Shown in pieces: positions 8,634 through 18,083 of a DNA stretch of 50,725 nt. Location: contig DASRGZ010000156.1 of assembly GCA_035650735.1 (NCBI GenBank), positions 1 through 50,725 on the forward strand, written 5' to 3'. Source of the DNA: Chthonomonadaceae bacterium (GTDB lineage: Bacteria > Armatimonadota > Chthonomonadetes > Chthonomonadales > Chthonomonadaceae). Numbering within the stretch: the first letter of the stretch is position 1; the number at the start of each line of letters is the position of its first letter. A program made the position numbers and the translations under genes. Below the pieces are notes generated by a model that saw only the letters and a program-made list of their open reading frames with translations, was not told the DNA's origin and searched no databases.

Positions 8634-10955
8634 ATGAAGAGTTGGAGGATCGTGGCGCTGCTGATGGTGCTTACGCTGCCGATGGGCGCGCGGGCGCAGG
8701 ACGTGACGGCGCTCGTAGAGGCCATTAAGGGCGGTGATGCGGCGGCGCGGCAGCAGGCGGTGGAGAAGCTGGCACAGAGCGGCCCGGCGGCCATCCCGCC
8801 GCTGGTCGGATTGCTCTACGGCGAGAACTGGACCGCCCACCGCAACGCGATGCAGGCGTTGCGCGAAATGGTCTGGCGGGCGTCCCGGCCCGGTGCTGAG
8901 GCTGAACGGAGGGAGGTCGCCGCCGCATTGCTGGCCCAGGCGCAGGCATCGGCGGGGCGGACTACGACGGCGCGCAACGCCGTGCTGGAACTGCTCTCGC
9001 TGGTGGCGGGAGAGGAAAATGTGCCGGGCGTGGCCGCGCTGCTCAAGGAGAACGACGTCCGGGAGATGGCGCGGTTCGTGCTCGTGCGGACGCCCGGCAA
9101 GCAGGCGGAAGCGGCCCTGATGGCCGCGCTGCCCAACGCCGAGCCGGAATTTCAGGTCGCGCTGCTGGGAGGGTTGGCCGAACGCAGCGACGCCAGCGCC
9201 GCTCCCACCGTGCGCCGCCTGCTCAACGCTCCTGATCCGGCGGTGCGCGCTGCCGCTATCGAGGCGCTGGCGCGTCTGGGCGATACCGGCGCGGCGGAAA
9301 CGATCTGGCAGATCGGCAAAAACGGCAGCACGCCGCAGGCCCGGGCGGCGCGCAACGCCTACGTGCGGCTGGCAGAAGCGGCGGCGCAGCGCCGTCCTTC
9401 CCTGGCGACGGCTATGTTCCAACGCCTCTACGCGGAGTCTTCCAGTACGGCGGAGAAGTGCGCGGCGCTGACGGGGCTGGCAAAGTCCGGCGGCGCGGCG
9501 GCTGTTCCGCTACTGTTGCAGAGCCTGAACGCGCCGGAACCGCAGGTGCGCGGCATCGCCGCGCAGGCGCTCGCCAACTCGCCCGCGCCCGAAGCGACGG
9601 CAGGCTTGATCCGGGCACTGAAGTCGGCCACTCCGGAAACCCGCGCGCTGCTCATCGGCGCTCTGGGGCGGCGTTCCGGCCCGGCAGCGCGCGCGGCGGT
9701 GATGGCGGCGGCGCAGGATAAAGACGAGGGCGTGCGGCGCGCGGCGTTCCAGGCGCTTGCCGGGCGCAAGGATATGCCCGCAGAAGAGCTGCTGGCCCTC
9801 TACCACCGCGCGCTGCCGGCAGCCCAGACCGACGACGAGCGGCGGGTGATCGTGGCCGGCATCGCGCGAATTGGCGACCCGTCCTCGCTGCCCGTGCTGC
9901 GCGCGGAACTGGCGCAGGGCCACATCAAGCCGGAGATCCTCTCGGCTACCCTGCCCATCGCCGATAAACTGGCGCAGGCGGGCCGCAAGGAAGAGGCCAT
10001 CGCGCTCTATCGGCAGGCGTTGGAGCAGGGAGGCGACCCCTCCGTTGTGCGGGAGGCGGCGCGCAAGCTGCGCGGGCTGGGCGTCAACGTGGATGTCGTC
10101 TCCCAACTCGGCTTTATCGGCAACTGGTGGGTGCTGGGGCCGATACCGGGCCGCGACGAGTGGAAGGAGAAAGATGCCGTACCGACCGATGCCGCGCCGG
10201 ACACGGAGGCGGAGATGACCGTCGGCGGGCAGAGCTATCGCTGGAAGTATGTGCCGCTCGACGATCCGAGCGGAATGCTGGACCTGGAGCAGGCGGTGGC
10301 GCGGCGCGATAACGTCGCGGCCTATGTCTACGCGGAGGTGAACAGCCCCGCCGAGCAGGACGCCCTCTTCAAGATCGGCAGCGACGACGACGTAGTTTGC
10401 TGGCTGAACGGCCAGAAGGTCCATCAGTTCCTGGGCGACCGGGGCTGGAACGTGGATCAGGACGTGGTGCCGGTTCACCTGACGGCAGGCCCGAACCGCA
10501 TCTTAATGAAAGTCTTAAACGGAAGCGCGCAGTGGGCGTGCAGCCTGCGCATCACCGACCGCAACGGCGTGCCGCTCAAGCTGGAGCAGCGCAAGCCGGC
10601 CACTGCAGTAAAGGAGCAACTTGTGAAGACACCATCGGGGTTAGAGTACGAGGATATTGTTGTCGGCAGCGGCCCGGAGGCACAGTCGGGTCAGCAAGTC
10701 TCCGTCCACTATGCCGGCACGCTGCAAAACGGCCAGAAGTTCGACGCCTCGCGCGATCACGGCGGGCCGTTTGAGTTCACCCTGGGCGCGGGCCAGGTCA
10801 TCAAAGGCTGGGATGAGGGCGTCGCTGGGATGCGCGTTGGAGGCAAGCGCAAGCTGATCATTCCGCCAAGCCTGGGCTACGGCAACCGGGCCATCGGCCC
10901 CATCCCGCCCAACTCCACCCTCGTCTTCGAGGTCGAACTGCTCGGCGTTAAATAA
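8634..10955 (+). CDS. Exported HEAT-repeat protein with beta-sandwich (PA14/galactose-binding-like) domain and C-terminal FKBP peptidyl-prolyl isomerase
   Basis: Signal peptide ending ARAQ; repeated '[13 protein letters not shown]'-type units; [26 protein letters not shown] domain; [45 protein letters not shown]. Start could be 8625, 8631 or 8634. Confidence 0.85.
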   Translation: MKSWRIVALLMVLTLPMGARAQDVTALVEAIKGGDAAARQQAVEKLAQSGPAAIPPLVGLLYGENWTAHRNAMQALREMVWRASRPGAEAERREVAAALLAQAQASAGRTTTARNAVLELLSLVAGEENVPGVAALLKENDVREMARFVLVRTPGKQAEAALMAALPNAEPEFQVALLGGLAERSDASAAPTVRRLLNAPDPAVRAAAIEALARLGDTGAAETIWQIGKNGSTPQARAARNAYVRLAEAAAQRRPSLATAMFQRLYAESSSTAEKCAALTGLAKSGGAAAVPLLLQSLNAPEPQVRGIAAQALANSPAPEATAGLIRALKSATPETRALLIGALGRRSGPAARAAVMAAAQDKDEGVRRAAFQALAGRKDMPAEELLALYHRALPAAQTDDERRVIVAGIARIGDPSSLPVLRAELAQGHIKPEILSATLPIADKLAQAGRKEEAIALYRQALEQGGDPSVVREAARKLRGLGVNVDVVSQLGFIGNWWVLGPIPGRDEWKEKDAVPTDAAPDTEAEMTVGGQSYRWKYVPLDDPSGMLDLEQAVARRDNVAAYVYAEVNSPAEQDALFKIGSDDDVVCWLNGQKVHQFLGDRGWNVDQDVVPVHLTAGPNRILMKVLNGSAQWACSLRITDRNGVPLKLEQRKPATAVKEQLVKTPSGLEYEDIVVGSGPEAQSGQQVSVHYAGTLQNGQKFDASRDHGGPFEFTLGAGQVIKGWDEGVAGMRVGGKRKLIIPPSLGYGNRAIGPIPPNSTLVFEVELLGVK

Positions 10956-10962
10956 AGAATCC

Positions 10963-11128
10963 CCCGATTACACCGTTTGACACCGATTCGAAAGACCAAG
11001 AAGAACACGGATGGGACGGATGACACGAATGAAACGGATAAGGGAAAAGGGGCTTGCAAATCCGTGTTATCCGTCTGATCCGTCCCATCCGTGTTTAGGT
11101 TTTTCCTTAATCGGTGTTAATCGGTGGA
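10963..11128. repeat. Nested palindromic repeat, family B (ACACGGAT/ATCCGTGT), between convergent genes
   Basis: AACACGGATGGGACGGAT..ACGGAT pairs with ATCCGT..ATCCGTCCCATCCGTGTT; outer CACCGATT/AATCGGTG arms. Confidence 0.8.
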
Positions 11129-11129
11129 T

Positions 11130-12263
11130 TCATCTGGCTTTTTGGTAGGTGTACCAGGCAGGTTTGGGGCTGTCATCGGCGCGGCGCAGGCCGAAATAGA
11201 GGTCGGCGGCGGGCTCGTCGTGGAGCTTAAACCAGAACACCGGCCCGACGGCAGGAACGCCGCGCAGTGCCACGAGCGCCGCCGTCACGTTGGCCGCCTG
11301 GTCGGCTTCCGAGAGGCTGCCCGGCTTGTTGGACGTCGGCCAGCCGATCTCGGTAATCCAGATGCGCTTGGCTGTTTTGCGGCCCTCCAACTCCTCCATC
11401 AGCTTGGCAAAGGCCGTCGGATAGGGCGCAAGGTCCTCCGGCTGAATGCGGCTGCCGCCTTTGATGTAGAGATGCAGGCCCCATCCGTCCACAGGCCAGG
11501 AACGGTAACGCCGGCGTACCCCTTCCCATCCGGCCCACGCTTTCCCCGCTTTCCAGGTATCGCGCAGGTAAGGCGCGGCGATGTCGGCATCCAGGTTGCC
11601 GGTGAAATCCGCGCTGAGAATCCCCCCGAAGACGATAGTGACCGGCCTGGACAGGCGGCGGCTCTCCTCGAAGGCATGGCGCAGCAGCCAGGCGAAGTTG
11701 GAAGGATAGATATAGAACCCGCCCGGCAGTTTCTCGGCGCTGCCCGGCGGGTTGGTCGTCCAGGCGTTCGGCTCGTTCCAGATCTCCCAATGGCGCACGG
11801 AAGGGAAGCGGCGCAGCAGCAGTGGAAAGGCCTGGCGGGCCAGCCCGCGCAGATAGGCGTTGTCTCCACTGCCGCCCGCCACCTCATGGTTGTTGGCGAT
11901 CCAGTCGGATTGCGAGCCGGGCCAGGACTCGTACGTGACCAGCCCCAGCACGGCCAGCCGCTCCCGTTGCAGGTTCTCGACCGCCTCCGCATAGGCGCGC
12001 AGCAGGTCTTCGTCCCAGGCCCGGTGTCGGGCGTTCAGGCGGAAATGCAGCCGCACCCATCGCGCCCCCGACTCGCGCATCTGCCGGGCCGCTGCGGGCG
12101 TCAGCAGCAGGTGGTCGGAGTCGTCTACGGCCCATCCGTCCTGAAGGCCCTTTTCCATCGCGCCCGCCCGGAGGCTTATCCCCAGCAGGCAAAGACACAG
12201 CAGCGCCAGCCGCCAGCCTTTTCCCGCGAAGCCTGCGCGCGGCAACCGTAATGGCAATGGCAT
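11130..12263 (-). CDS. Secreted clan GH-A glycoside hydrolase (GH5/GH39-like)
   Basis: Signal peptide; WVRLHF; WEIWNEPN acid/base; IWITEIGW nucleophile; FGL...D.SPKPAW end. Confidence 0.85.
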   Translation of the reverse strand: MPLPLRLPRAGFAGKGWRLALLCLCLLGISLRAGAMEKGLQDGWAVDDSDHLLLTPAAARQMRESGARWVRLHFRLNARHRAWDEDLLRAYAEAVENLQRERLAVLGLVTYESWPGSQSDWIANNHEVAGGSGDNAYLRGLARQAFPLLLRRFPSVRHWEIWNEPNAWTTNPPGSAEKLPGGFYIYPSNFAWLLRHAFEESRRLSRPVTIVFGGILSADFTGNLDADIAAPYLRDTWKAGKAWAGWEGVRRRYRSWPVDGWGLHLYIKGGSRIQPEDLAPYPTAFAKLMEELEGRKTAKRIWITEIGWPTSNKPGSLSEADQAANVTAALVALRGVPAVGPVFWFKLHDEPAADLYFGLRRADDSPKPAWYTYQKAR

Positions 12264-12278
12264 TCTGTGACGGCCCCC

Positions 12279-13157
12279 TTACACGATCAGTCGGCGGAAG
12301 AAGTCGGCGGCGGCGCGGAGGTTGGCCTGGCGCTGCGCCGGCGTGTACTTGCCCAGCGACTCATCCTCCAGGCAGAGGTCGCGGTCGTAGCCAGCTTTGC
12401 GCAGCGCGGCGAAGTAGCGCGTGTGGTCAATATCGCCCTCGTGGATCGGGCAGACGTACTTGCCGTACTCGTAGCCGATCTCGCGCTGCGTCTCGCGTAA
12501 CTCCGGCGGATACTTAATGTTCTTGATATGGGTATGCTTGACGTGGGGCGCGAACTCCTCGTAAATCTCATAGACGCGCGAGAGCGGCCAGCCGCGCCAG
12601 TAGAAGTTGCCGGAGTCGAGCGTCAGTCCCAGGCGCGGCGACCCAACGGCGTCGAGCAGGCCGCGCAGAAAGGCCGGGTCGTTGCCCTGATAGCCGTGGT
12701 TTTCGATGCCCAGGTCTATGCCCGTGTCCTCGGTCTGCGCCAGGATGCGCTTGACCGCGTCGGCCACCAGCGCGTACCGCTGTTCCAGCGGCAAATCCCG
12801 CTCGCCATGCATGATGGCGTCAATGCGCACGGCGGGCGCTCCTAACTCTTTGGCCGCCCGGACGGTGCGCACGGCCCAATCCACCTGAAACTGCTTATCC
12901 TCCGCGTTGAAGTCGTTGCCCATGCAGAGCGCGCTGATGCGCGCGTTAGCGGCCCTGGCCTGCGCCTGTAGCGCCTTCAGGTCGGCGGGATCAGTCAGCT
13001 TCAGGCGGGCCTTGCCGCCTTCCGGCGCGATGGCCGGAACCGTATCATCCTCACGGACGAATAGCTCTACGCCGGGCAGGTTCAGGTCGCGCAGGCCCTC
13101 GGCCAGCGTCGGATACCCGGCGGCAAACACAATCTCATCACGGATGGACAGATACAT
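12279..13157 (-). CDS. Sugar phosphate isomerase/epimerase (AP_endonuc_2 / xylose-isomerase-like TIM barrel)
   Basis: GIENHG, LDSGNF, HTHIKN, LCLE metal-ligand motifs; AAAGGAGG RBS. Confidence 0.88.
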   Translation of the reverse strand: MYLSIRDEIVFAAGYPTLAEGLRDLNLPGVELFVREDDTVPAIAPEGGKARLKLTDPADLKALQAQARAANARISALCMGNDFNAEDKQFQVDWAVRTVRAAKELGAPAVRIDAIMHGERDLPLEQRYALVADAVKRILAQTEDTGIDLGIENHGYQGNDPAFLRGLLDAVGSPRLGLTLDSGNFYWRGWPLSRVYEIYEEFAPHVKHTHIKNIKYPPELRETQREIGYEYGKYVCPIHEGDIDHTRYFAALRKAGYDRDLCLEDESLGKYTPAQRQANLRAAADFFRRLIV

Positions 13158-13376
13158 CGCTCGGCAGCCTCCTTTTCGGTAGTAATCCTCTATTCACCGC
13201 TTGCCGCCGCTTTCCCTTTTTGGCAGCATAAGGCAGGCGTTCAGGTCATCGGCTTTACGCGCTGCATAGCTTCAATCCCCTCTTTTCATAACCTTGTGAA
13301 ACTTTTAATGCCCGTCTCTTGTCATTGTAAGTATGTATACCAAATTGATGACAGTGCGAACGAGGAGTTAGCGACA

Positions 13377-14150
13377 ATGGCAAAACGGAAGCAAATAGGA
13401 ATATGTCACATCTGCGGCCTTGAAGGCCCCCTGTCTAAAGAGCATGTGCCGCCGCAAGCGGCGTTCAATGACCGTGCGGTTATTACGGTGAACTTTGAGC
13501 GAGCGATGAGTCTAGGCCCCGATGAGGAGATTACCCTAAAGGATGGTAAGCAGCAGCAGGGCGGTGCGAGCATGTATACCCTCTGCGGGCAGTGCAATAA
13601 CAATACGGGCAAATGGTATGGAAACGCCTTTGTGGACTGGTGCTATCAAGGAATGGACATTCTTATCCGCGCTAACGGAAGACCGTCGCTCATCTACTTG
13701 TATCATGCCTTCCCGTTGCGGATTATAAAGCAGATCGTGACTATGTTCTGCTCCGTGAACTCACCGAAGATGGCAGCGAAGTATCCAGCGTTAGTGGATT
13801 TCGTCCTCTGCAAAGAGAAGAGGTACCTACCTCCGAAATTTCGCTTCTTCGTCTACTACAACATCGAAGGCTGCTACCGCTACGCTGGCATTACGGCAGG
13901 CATGAGAATAGACAGAGGAAAGCATTCGCTCTTCTCAGAGATTTCCTTCCCGCCGTTTGGATACGTCATGGCACTCGATTCTGAGCCACCGGACGAGCGC
14001 TTATTTGAGATTACGCACTTCTCTCGCTACAGGTATAACGACTTTTTAGATACGGAGATGCATCTGCCCGTGTTACCCACACATCTTGCCCTTCCGGGTG
14101 ATTACCGAACAAAAGAAGAGATACGCGAGCAAATCGCCCGCGCGTCGTAG
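13377..14150 (+). CDS. HNH-type Zn-finger endonuclease-like protein
   Basis: CHIC..SKEHVPP..LCGQCNNNTG pattern; GAGGAG before ATG 13377; visibly AT-richer than neighbours. Confidence 0.7.
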   Translation: MAKRKQIGICHICGLEGPLSKEHVPPQAAFNDRAVITVNFERAMSLGPDEEITLKDGKQQQGGASMYTLCGQCNNNTGKWYGNAFVDWCYQGMDILIRANGRPSLIYLYHAFPLRIIKQIVTMFCSVNSPKMAAKYPALVDFVLCKEKRYLPPKFRFFVYYNIEGCYRYAGITAGMRIDRGKHSLFSEISFPPFGYVMALDSEPPDERLFEITHFSRYRYNDFLDTEMHLPVLPTHLALPGDYRTKEEIREQIARAS

Positions 14151-14162
14151 CGATAAGTGATT

Positions 14163-14318
14163 ATGAAAACGTTTCCACCCAACGAGAAGATGCTTGCAGC
14201 TTTGGCTAAGATTGCCGAACTTAACGAGGGACGCCCGTTTACGGACGACTCCACGACCCAGCGCCTCTTGAGAGAGGCCCGTGCCGGAGCTATGTATGGC
14301 TATGACCCCACCGAGTAG
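14163..14318 (+). CDS. 51-aa small protein, antitoxin-like
   Basis: MKTFPPNEKMLAALAKIAELNEGRPFTDDSTTQRLLREARAGAMYGYDPTE; below the ORF track cutoff; its end overlaps an ATG at 14302. Confidence 0.45.
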   Translation: MKTFPPNEKMLAALAKIAELNEGRPFTDDSTTQRLLREARAGAMYGYDPTE

Positions 14319-14534
14319 CCTGCCGGGAGCCGTCGTCCCAGAGTGATCCAGTTCCTGGACTTCCCCTCGGTCTTGGCGGACGGCACACTTATGATCTTTG
14401 ATTTTCTAAATCGGTATTCTGCCCGCGTAGGCGGGCAGCGGGCCGCAGGCCCCACAGCGGCATGGTTTAGCCTGCCGGATAAGCCAGGCATTACCGATTT
14501 AGGTTGTCAAATATCATCAGTGTGCAGGGCTAGA

Positions 14535-16610
14535 TCAAATATATATCTTGTAGGTCTGCAAGTGCTGGAGCGGGCCGTAGATCGCCCACACGGAACCCAT
14601 CACGTAATCACCCAGGATCAGCCCCAGGAAGAACGGAATGGCAGTGTTATGCGCCTTCATCCCCCCAAACCGCACGATCAGCGATTTTATCAGCCAGGCG
14701 ATGAAGAAGCAGAACCAGAAGTAGTCCATCGCGTAGGAGACGGCCAGCGCATAGCCTGCCGGATGGAACGGCCACCACAGGAACGTTCCGCGCATCACCC
14801 GCAGGAACAGCACCAGCAGAAAGCCCCCCGCCAAATAGAAAAGCTGGGTGAGATTGACCCGCGCGGGCGTCTGGAGCCAACTCTGCAACTGGTTATAGCT
14901 CTCCCCGCCGACCCAGGACTTAAAGCCGACCGCCTTGGCCGTCGCGCCCTCCGTGAAGGTGACGTGCAGGTTCGCCCAGTAGGCCGCCAGCGTGCCCCAG
15001 ACAAACGCGATCCCCAACAGCCACAAGATGGAGCTCTGCTTGATGCGCGCCCCCTGCCCCATCTTCATCACCTCCAACTGGTTGGGCATGGGATGGCAGC
15101 GGTAGCCGCGATTGAACCAGTACATCACAGAAAGGGCCGTGAGGCTCTGCAGGCCGATGGCCTGGCTGCCAAAGAGCGTCACCAGGATCAGGCGCGGGTT
15201 GACGAAGTAGATTTCGTGCGGCGTGCCCAGCTCGGCGCGCACGCGCGTAATGGTGATCGCCAGCAGGAAGTAGAGGCCAAAGAAGAGGAGGGCGACCCAG
15301 GGCGTCAGCCCGATGCGCCAGGAGAAGTAGGCCAGCGAGAGGGCGCCAAGCCCCAGGCCGACATAGGCCCCTCGGTACTGACGCGCCAGCGAGCGCCCCT
15401 CGGCGCCGGACTCGGCCAGCGCCGCCGCCCTATCGCGCCCGAAGGCGATGGCCCAGGTCTGCCGGAACTGCCCGCGCAGCGCCCACACAATGGTCAGGCC
15501 CCAGGCTATCCAGGCGCCGCTGGCCTGCTGCTCGAAATAGGGAAAGCCCTGGCTGCCCGCCCCTTCCAGTCCCGTCGCCGCCCCGAACACCTGAAACAGC
15601 TTGCGCGCCACGAAGAAGAACCAGCACGAGAACGACAGGTCGAGCGGCACAAAGAAGGCCAGGCCGATAGCGAAGGGATACATAGAGATGTTCGTGCCGC
15701 CGATGGCGCTCCAGGGCCGCACGGTGACGTACTGGCCGATGTCGTAGAGCTTGACGAAGGCCAGGTAGGGTAGCGAGGGATAGAGGTAGTGCAGGCCGTT
15801 GATCGTATCAATGGCCGCCGCAAACAGGAACCCGGCCCACATCATGCGGCTGGAGAACAGGCCCGCGCCCTGCGTGCCCGCCCCGCCTCTCTCCTCCGTC
15901 ATCGCCATCGGAAGCTGGACGATGGGGAAGCTCAAGCGCTCGTGATCGCTCCACTGCGTGCGGATCAGAATATTCAGGCAGAGGCAGACGGTTATCAGCG
16001 TCCCGATGAAGAGCCCCCACCAGAGGAGCGGCCCCACAAACGGCCCCCAGAAACGCGGGTCATACGGCGAGACGCTGCCCTGATAGTAGCCTTTCAGCGC
16101 GGCCGGATCGCGCACCAGCCAGAAGTTGGGCAGGAACGCAAAGAAGAGTTCTTTCCAGTGGTTCTCCGGCGTGGCGAAGCGGTCGGCGTGCCCGATGGCG
16201 CCGAAGAGGTTCTGGAACATATCGTGCCCGGCCAGCAGCGTGCCGACCACCAGGAAGATATAGACGGTCAGCAGCTCGGGCTGCGACAGGGCCAGGCGGG
16301 GCGCCAGGCGCGGCAGCAGGCGGCGCACCCCCAGGTTCAGCAGCACCAGCCAGAAGAGGAAGAAGATGGGCGTGATGAACAGCGGCAGACTCGTCCCATC
16401 TAAGGTATACCAGCGGACTTCGACAACCGTAATCCAGTAGGTGTTCGGGATGGTCAGCAGCAGGCCAAGCAGCAGGGAGCGGAAGGTGATCCCATGCTGG
16501 GCTGCCGCTTCGCCAAATTCGAGCGCACTTTCCTGTCGGCGCTCCTGCTCCATCGAGGGCGCAGTCGGGACAGACGCCGCCGCGCGCAGCGCAGATTCCT
16601 TTCCTTTCAT
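14535..16610 (-). CDS. Polytopic membrane protein, DUF6785/DUF6784-like putative (oligopeptide-type) transporter
   Basis: Many TM segments; QW..HERLSFPIVQLP, WWPFHPAGYAL, PFFLGLILGD motifs. Start uncertain (16610, 16589 or 16553). Confidence 0.75.
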   Translation of the reverse strand: MKGKESALRAAASVPTAPSMEQERRQESALEFGEAAAQHGITFRSLLLGLLLTIPNTYWITVVEVRWYTLDGTSLPLFITPIFFLFWLVLLNLGVRRLLPRLAPRLALSQPELLTVYIFLVVGTLLAGHDMFQNLFGAIGHADRFATPENHWKELFFAFLPNFWLVRDPAALKGYYQGSVSPYDPRFWGPFVGPLLWWGLFIGTLITVCLCLNILIRTQWSDHERLSFPIVQLPMAMTEERGGAGTQGAGLFSSRMMWAGFLFAAAIDTINGLHYLYPSLPYLAFVKLYDIGQYVTVRPWSAIGGTNISMYPFAIGLAFFVPLDLSFSCWFFFVARKLFQVFGAATGLEGAGSQGFPYFEQQASGAWIAWGLTIVWALRGQFRQTWAIAFGRDRAAALAESGAEGRSLARQYRGAYVGLGLGALSLAYFSWRIGLTPWVALLFFGLYFLLAITITRVRAELGTPHEIYFVNPRLILVTLFGSQAIGLQSLTALSVMYWFNRGYRCHPMPNQLEVMKMGQGARIKQSSILWLLGIAFVWGTLAAYWANLHVTFTEGATAKAVGFKSWVGGESYNQLQSWLQTPARVNLTQLFYLAGGFLLVLFLRVMRGTFLWWPFHPAGYALAVSYAMDYFWFCFFIAWLIKSLIVRFGGMKAHNTAIPFFLGLILGDYVMGSVWAIYGPLQHLQTYKIYI

Positions 16611-16916
16611 GTCTATAATCATAGCATAATACTGAGTATGGGGCGCAACCGTAACGCCTTCGTCCCCACCGCGCCTTGCCGGAACCGCCAACAACCTCCT
16701 TGAAGTTACTCCTTCCGTAGGTAGCGGTTCTGGAACTTGCTTTCCTGCCAACGATACGGCTGGCAGCCGCTCCAGGAAGCCACCGATAGACAATTTACCA
16801 GAACGCATTTTCCGTAAAGGCGTCTATTGTTGCAGTAGAAGCCTATCACAAACACATAGCGTTTTCTCGGGCCTCTCTGCACGGTCTTGCATCGCCTACG
16901 GAGTCACTAAGACGCC

Positions 16917-17957
16917 ATGACACAACAAAGGGTGGTTTCACAGCGGCCGGACCGCTCCCAACTCAAGCCGGTGGAGGCGGAGCGCTTTCCCGGATATATG
17001 ACCGTTCGCACGGATAAGCCCGGTGGGTTGGTGGCCTATCAGCAGGACCTGGTCGGCTTTGAAGCGACTAATGTGGTCATCCGAACATGCCCTCCCGCCG
17101 AGAACGAACCGGTATTTGAGGACACCGCCCCGCATATAGGCCCGCTGTCGCTGCTGTTTACGGTGGGAGGGCGGCAAGCCTATGAGATCGATGGGCGACG
17201 CCTCGTCGTGGACGAGAGCGGCTATCTGATCCATAACCTGGGACAGACCATCGTCAGCCTTCCTGACTTTGCGCCCCCCGCCGAGTCCTTCACCATCGGG
17301 TTTTGGCCGGGCGTGGCCGAAGAGGTGCTGCGCAGTCTGGTCACCCCCCAGGATCGCCTGCTGGATAGCCCGCAAGCTGCCCCGACTCAGCCTGTGCGGT
17401 TCTTTGATCAGCTCTACCCCCACTCCCCGCGCCTTGCCTCGCTGCTGGCCCGGCTGCGGGCGGCCGTGGACGACGTGGCGGCCACGCAAGGATTCTGGGA
17501 AGAGCTCAATTACCAGTTGCTCACCGCCATGCTGGAGGAGCATCGCAACATCGGCAAACAGATCGAGGCGCTGCCGCCGGTACGGGCTGCCACCCGCATC
17601 GAGTTGTACCGCAGGCTGCACCGTGCCCGGGATTTTATGGAGGCGGGGCTGGACCAGCCTCTCACCATCCCCCAGATCGCCCAGGAGGCCTGGGTTTCGC
17701 CGTATCATTTTCTGCGTGAGTTCAAACAGGTGTTTGGGGAGACCCCGCATCAGTACCTGAAGCGCCGCCGTCTGGAATGGGCCCGGCAGTTGTTGACTAC
17801 CACGGATAGGAGCGTGACGGACATCTGTTTTACGGTCGGCTTTCAGAGTGTAGGCTCCTTTAGCAGCCTGTTCCGGCGGTATATGGGGGCTGCGCCGCAG
17901 GAGTTTCGTCTGCGGAACCGCAAGGCGCCGCAGGCGTTCTCTGCGTTTTGGAAGTGA
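16917..17957 (+). CDS. AraC family transcriptional regulator
   Basis: C-terminal double HTH: SPYHFLREFKQVFGETPHQYL..SVTDICFTVGFQSVGSFSSLFRR. Confidence 0.93.
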   Translation: MTQQRVVSQRPDRSQLKPVEAERFPGYMTVRTDKPGGLVAYQQDLVGFEATNVVIRTCPPAENEPVFEDTAPHIGPLSLLFTVGGRQAYEIDGRRLVVDESGYLIHNLGQTIVSLPDFAPPAESFTIGFWPGVAEEVLRSLVTPQDRLLDSPQAAPTQPVRFFDQLYPHSPRLASLLARLRAAVDDVAATQGFWEELNYQLLTAMLEEHRNIGKQIEALPPVRAATRIELYRRLHRARDFMEAGLDQPLTIPQIAQEAWVSPYHFLREFKQVFGETPHQYLKRRRLEWARQLLTTTDRSVTDICFTVGFQSVGSFSSLFRRYMGAAPQEFRLRNRKAPQAFSAFWK

Positions 17958-18083
17958 GCCCTCAGGGGGTTATACCAGGGCATATCTGACAATACGGAAG
18001 GAAATCCTGGCCTGTGACCGTAATCTAGCACAGTGCCGCCGGCATGGCGCGCAAACTTCGATTGGGTGGTAGATGCAGGAGAG

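Noticed and set aside
7362..9422. Long antisense or alternate-frame ORFs (also 1234-2439, 4548-6113, 14343-15773, 42031-43980, 44003-45352, 47495-48781)
   Set aside because: They shadow well-supported genes and have no recognisable motifs; expected from high-GC codon bias.
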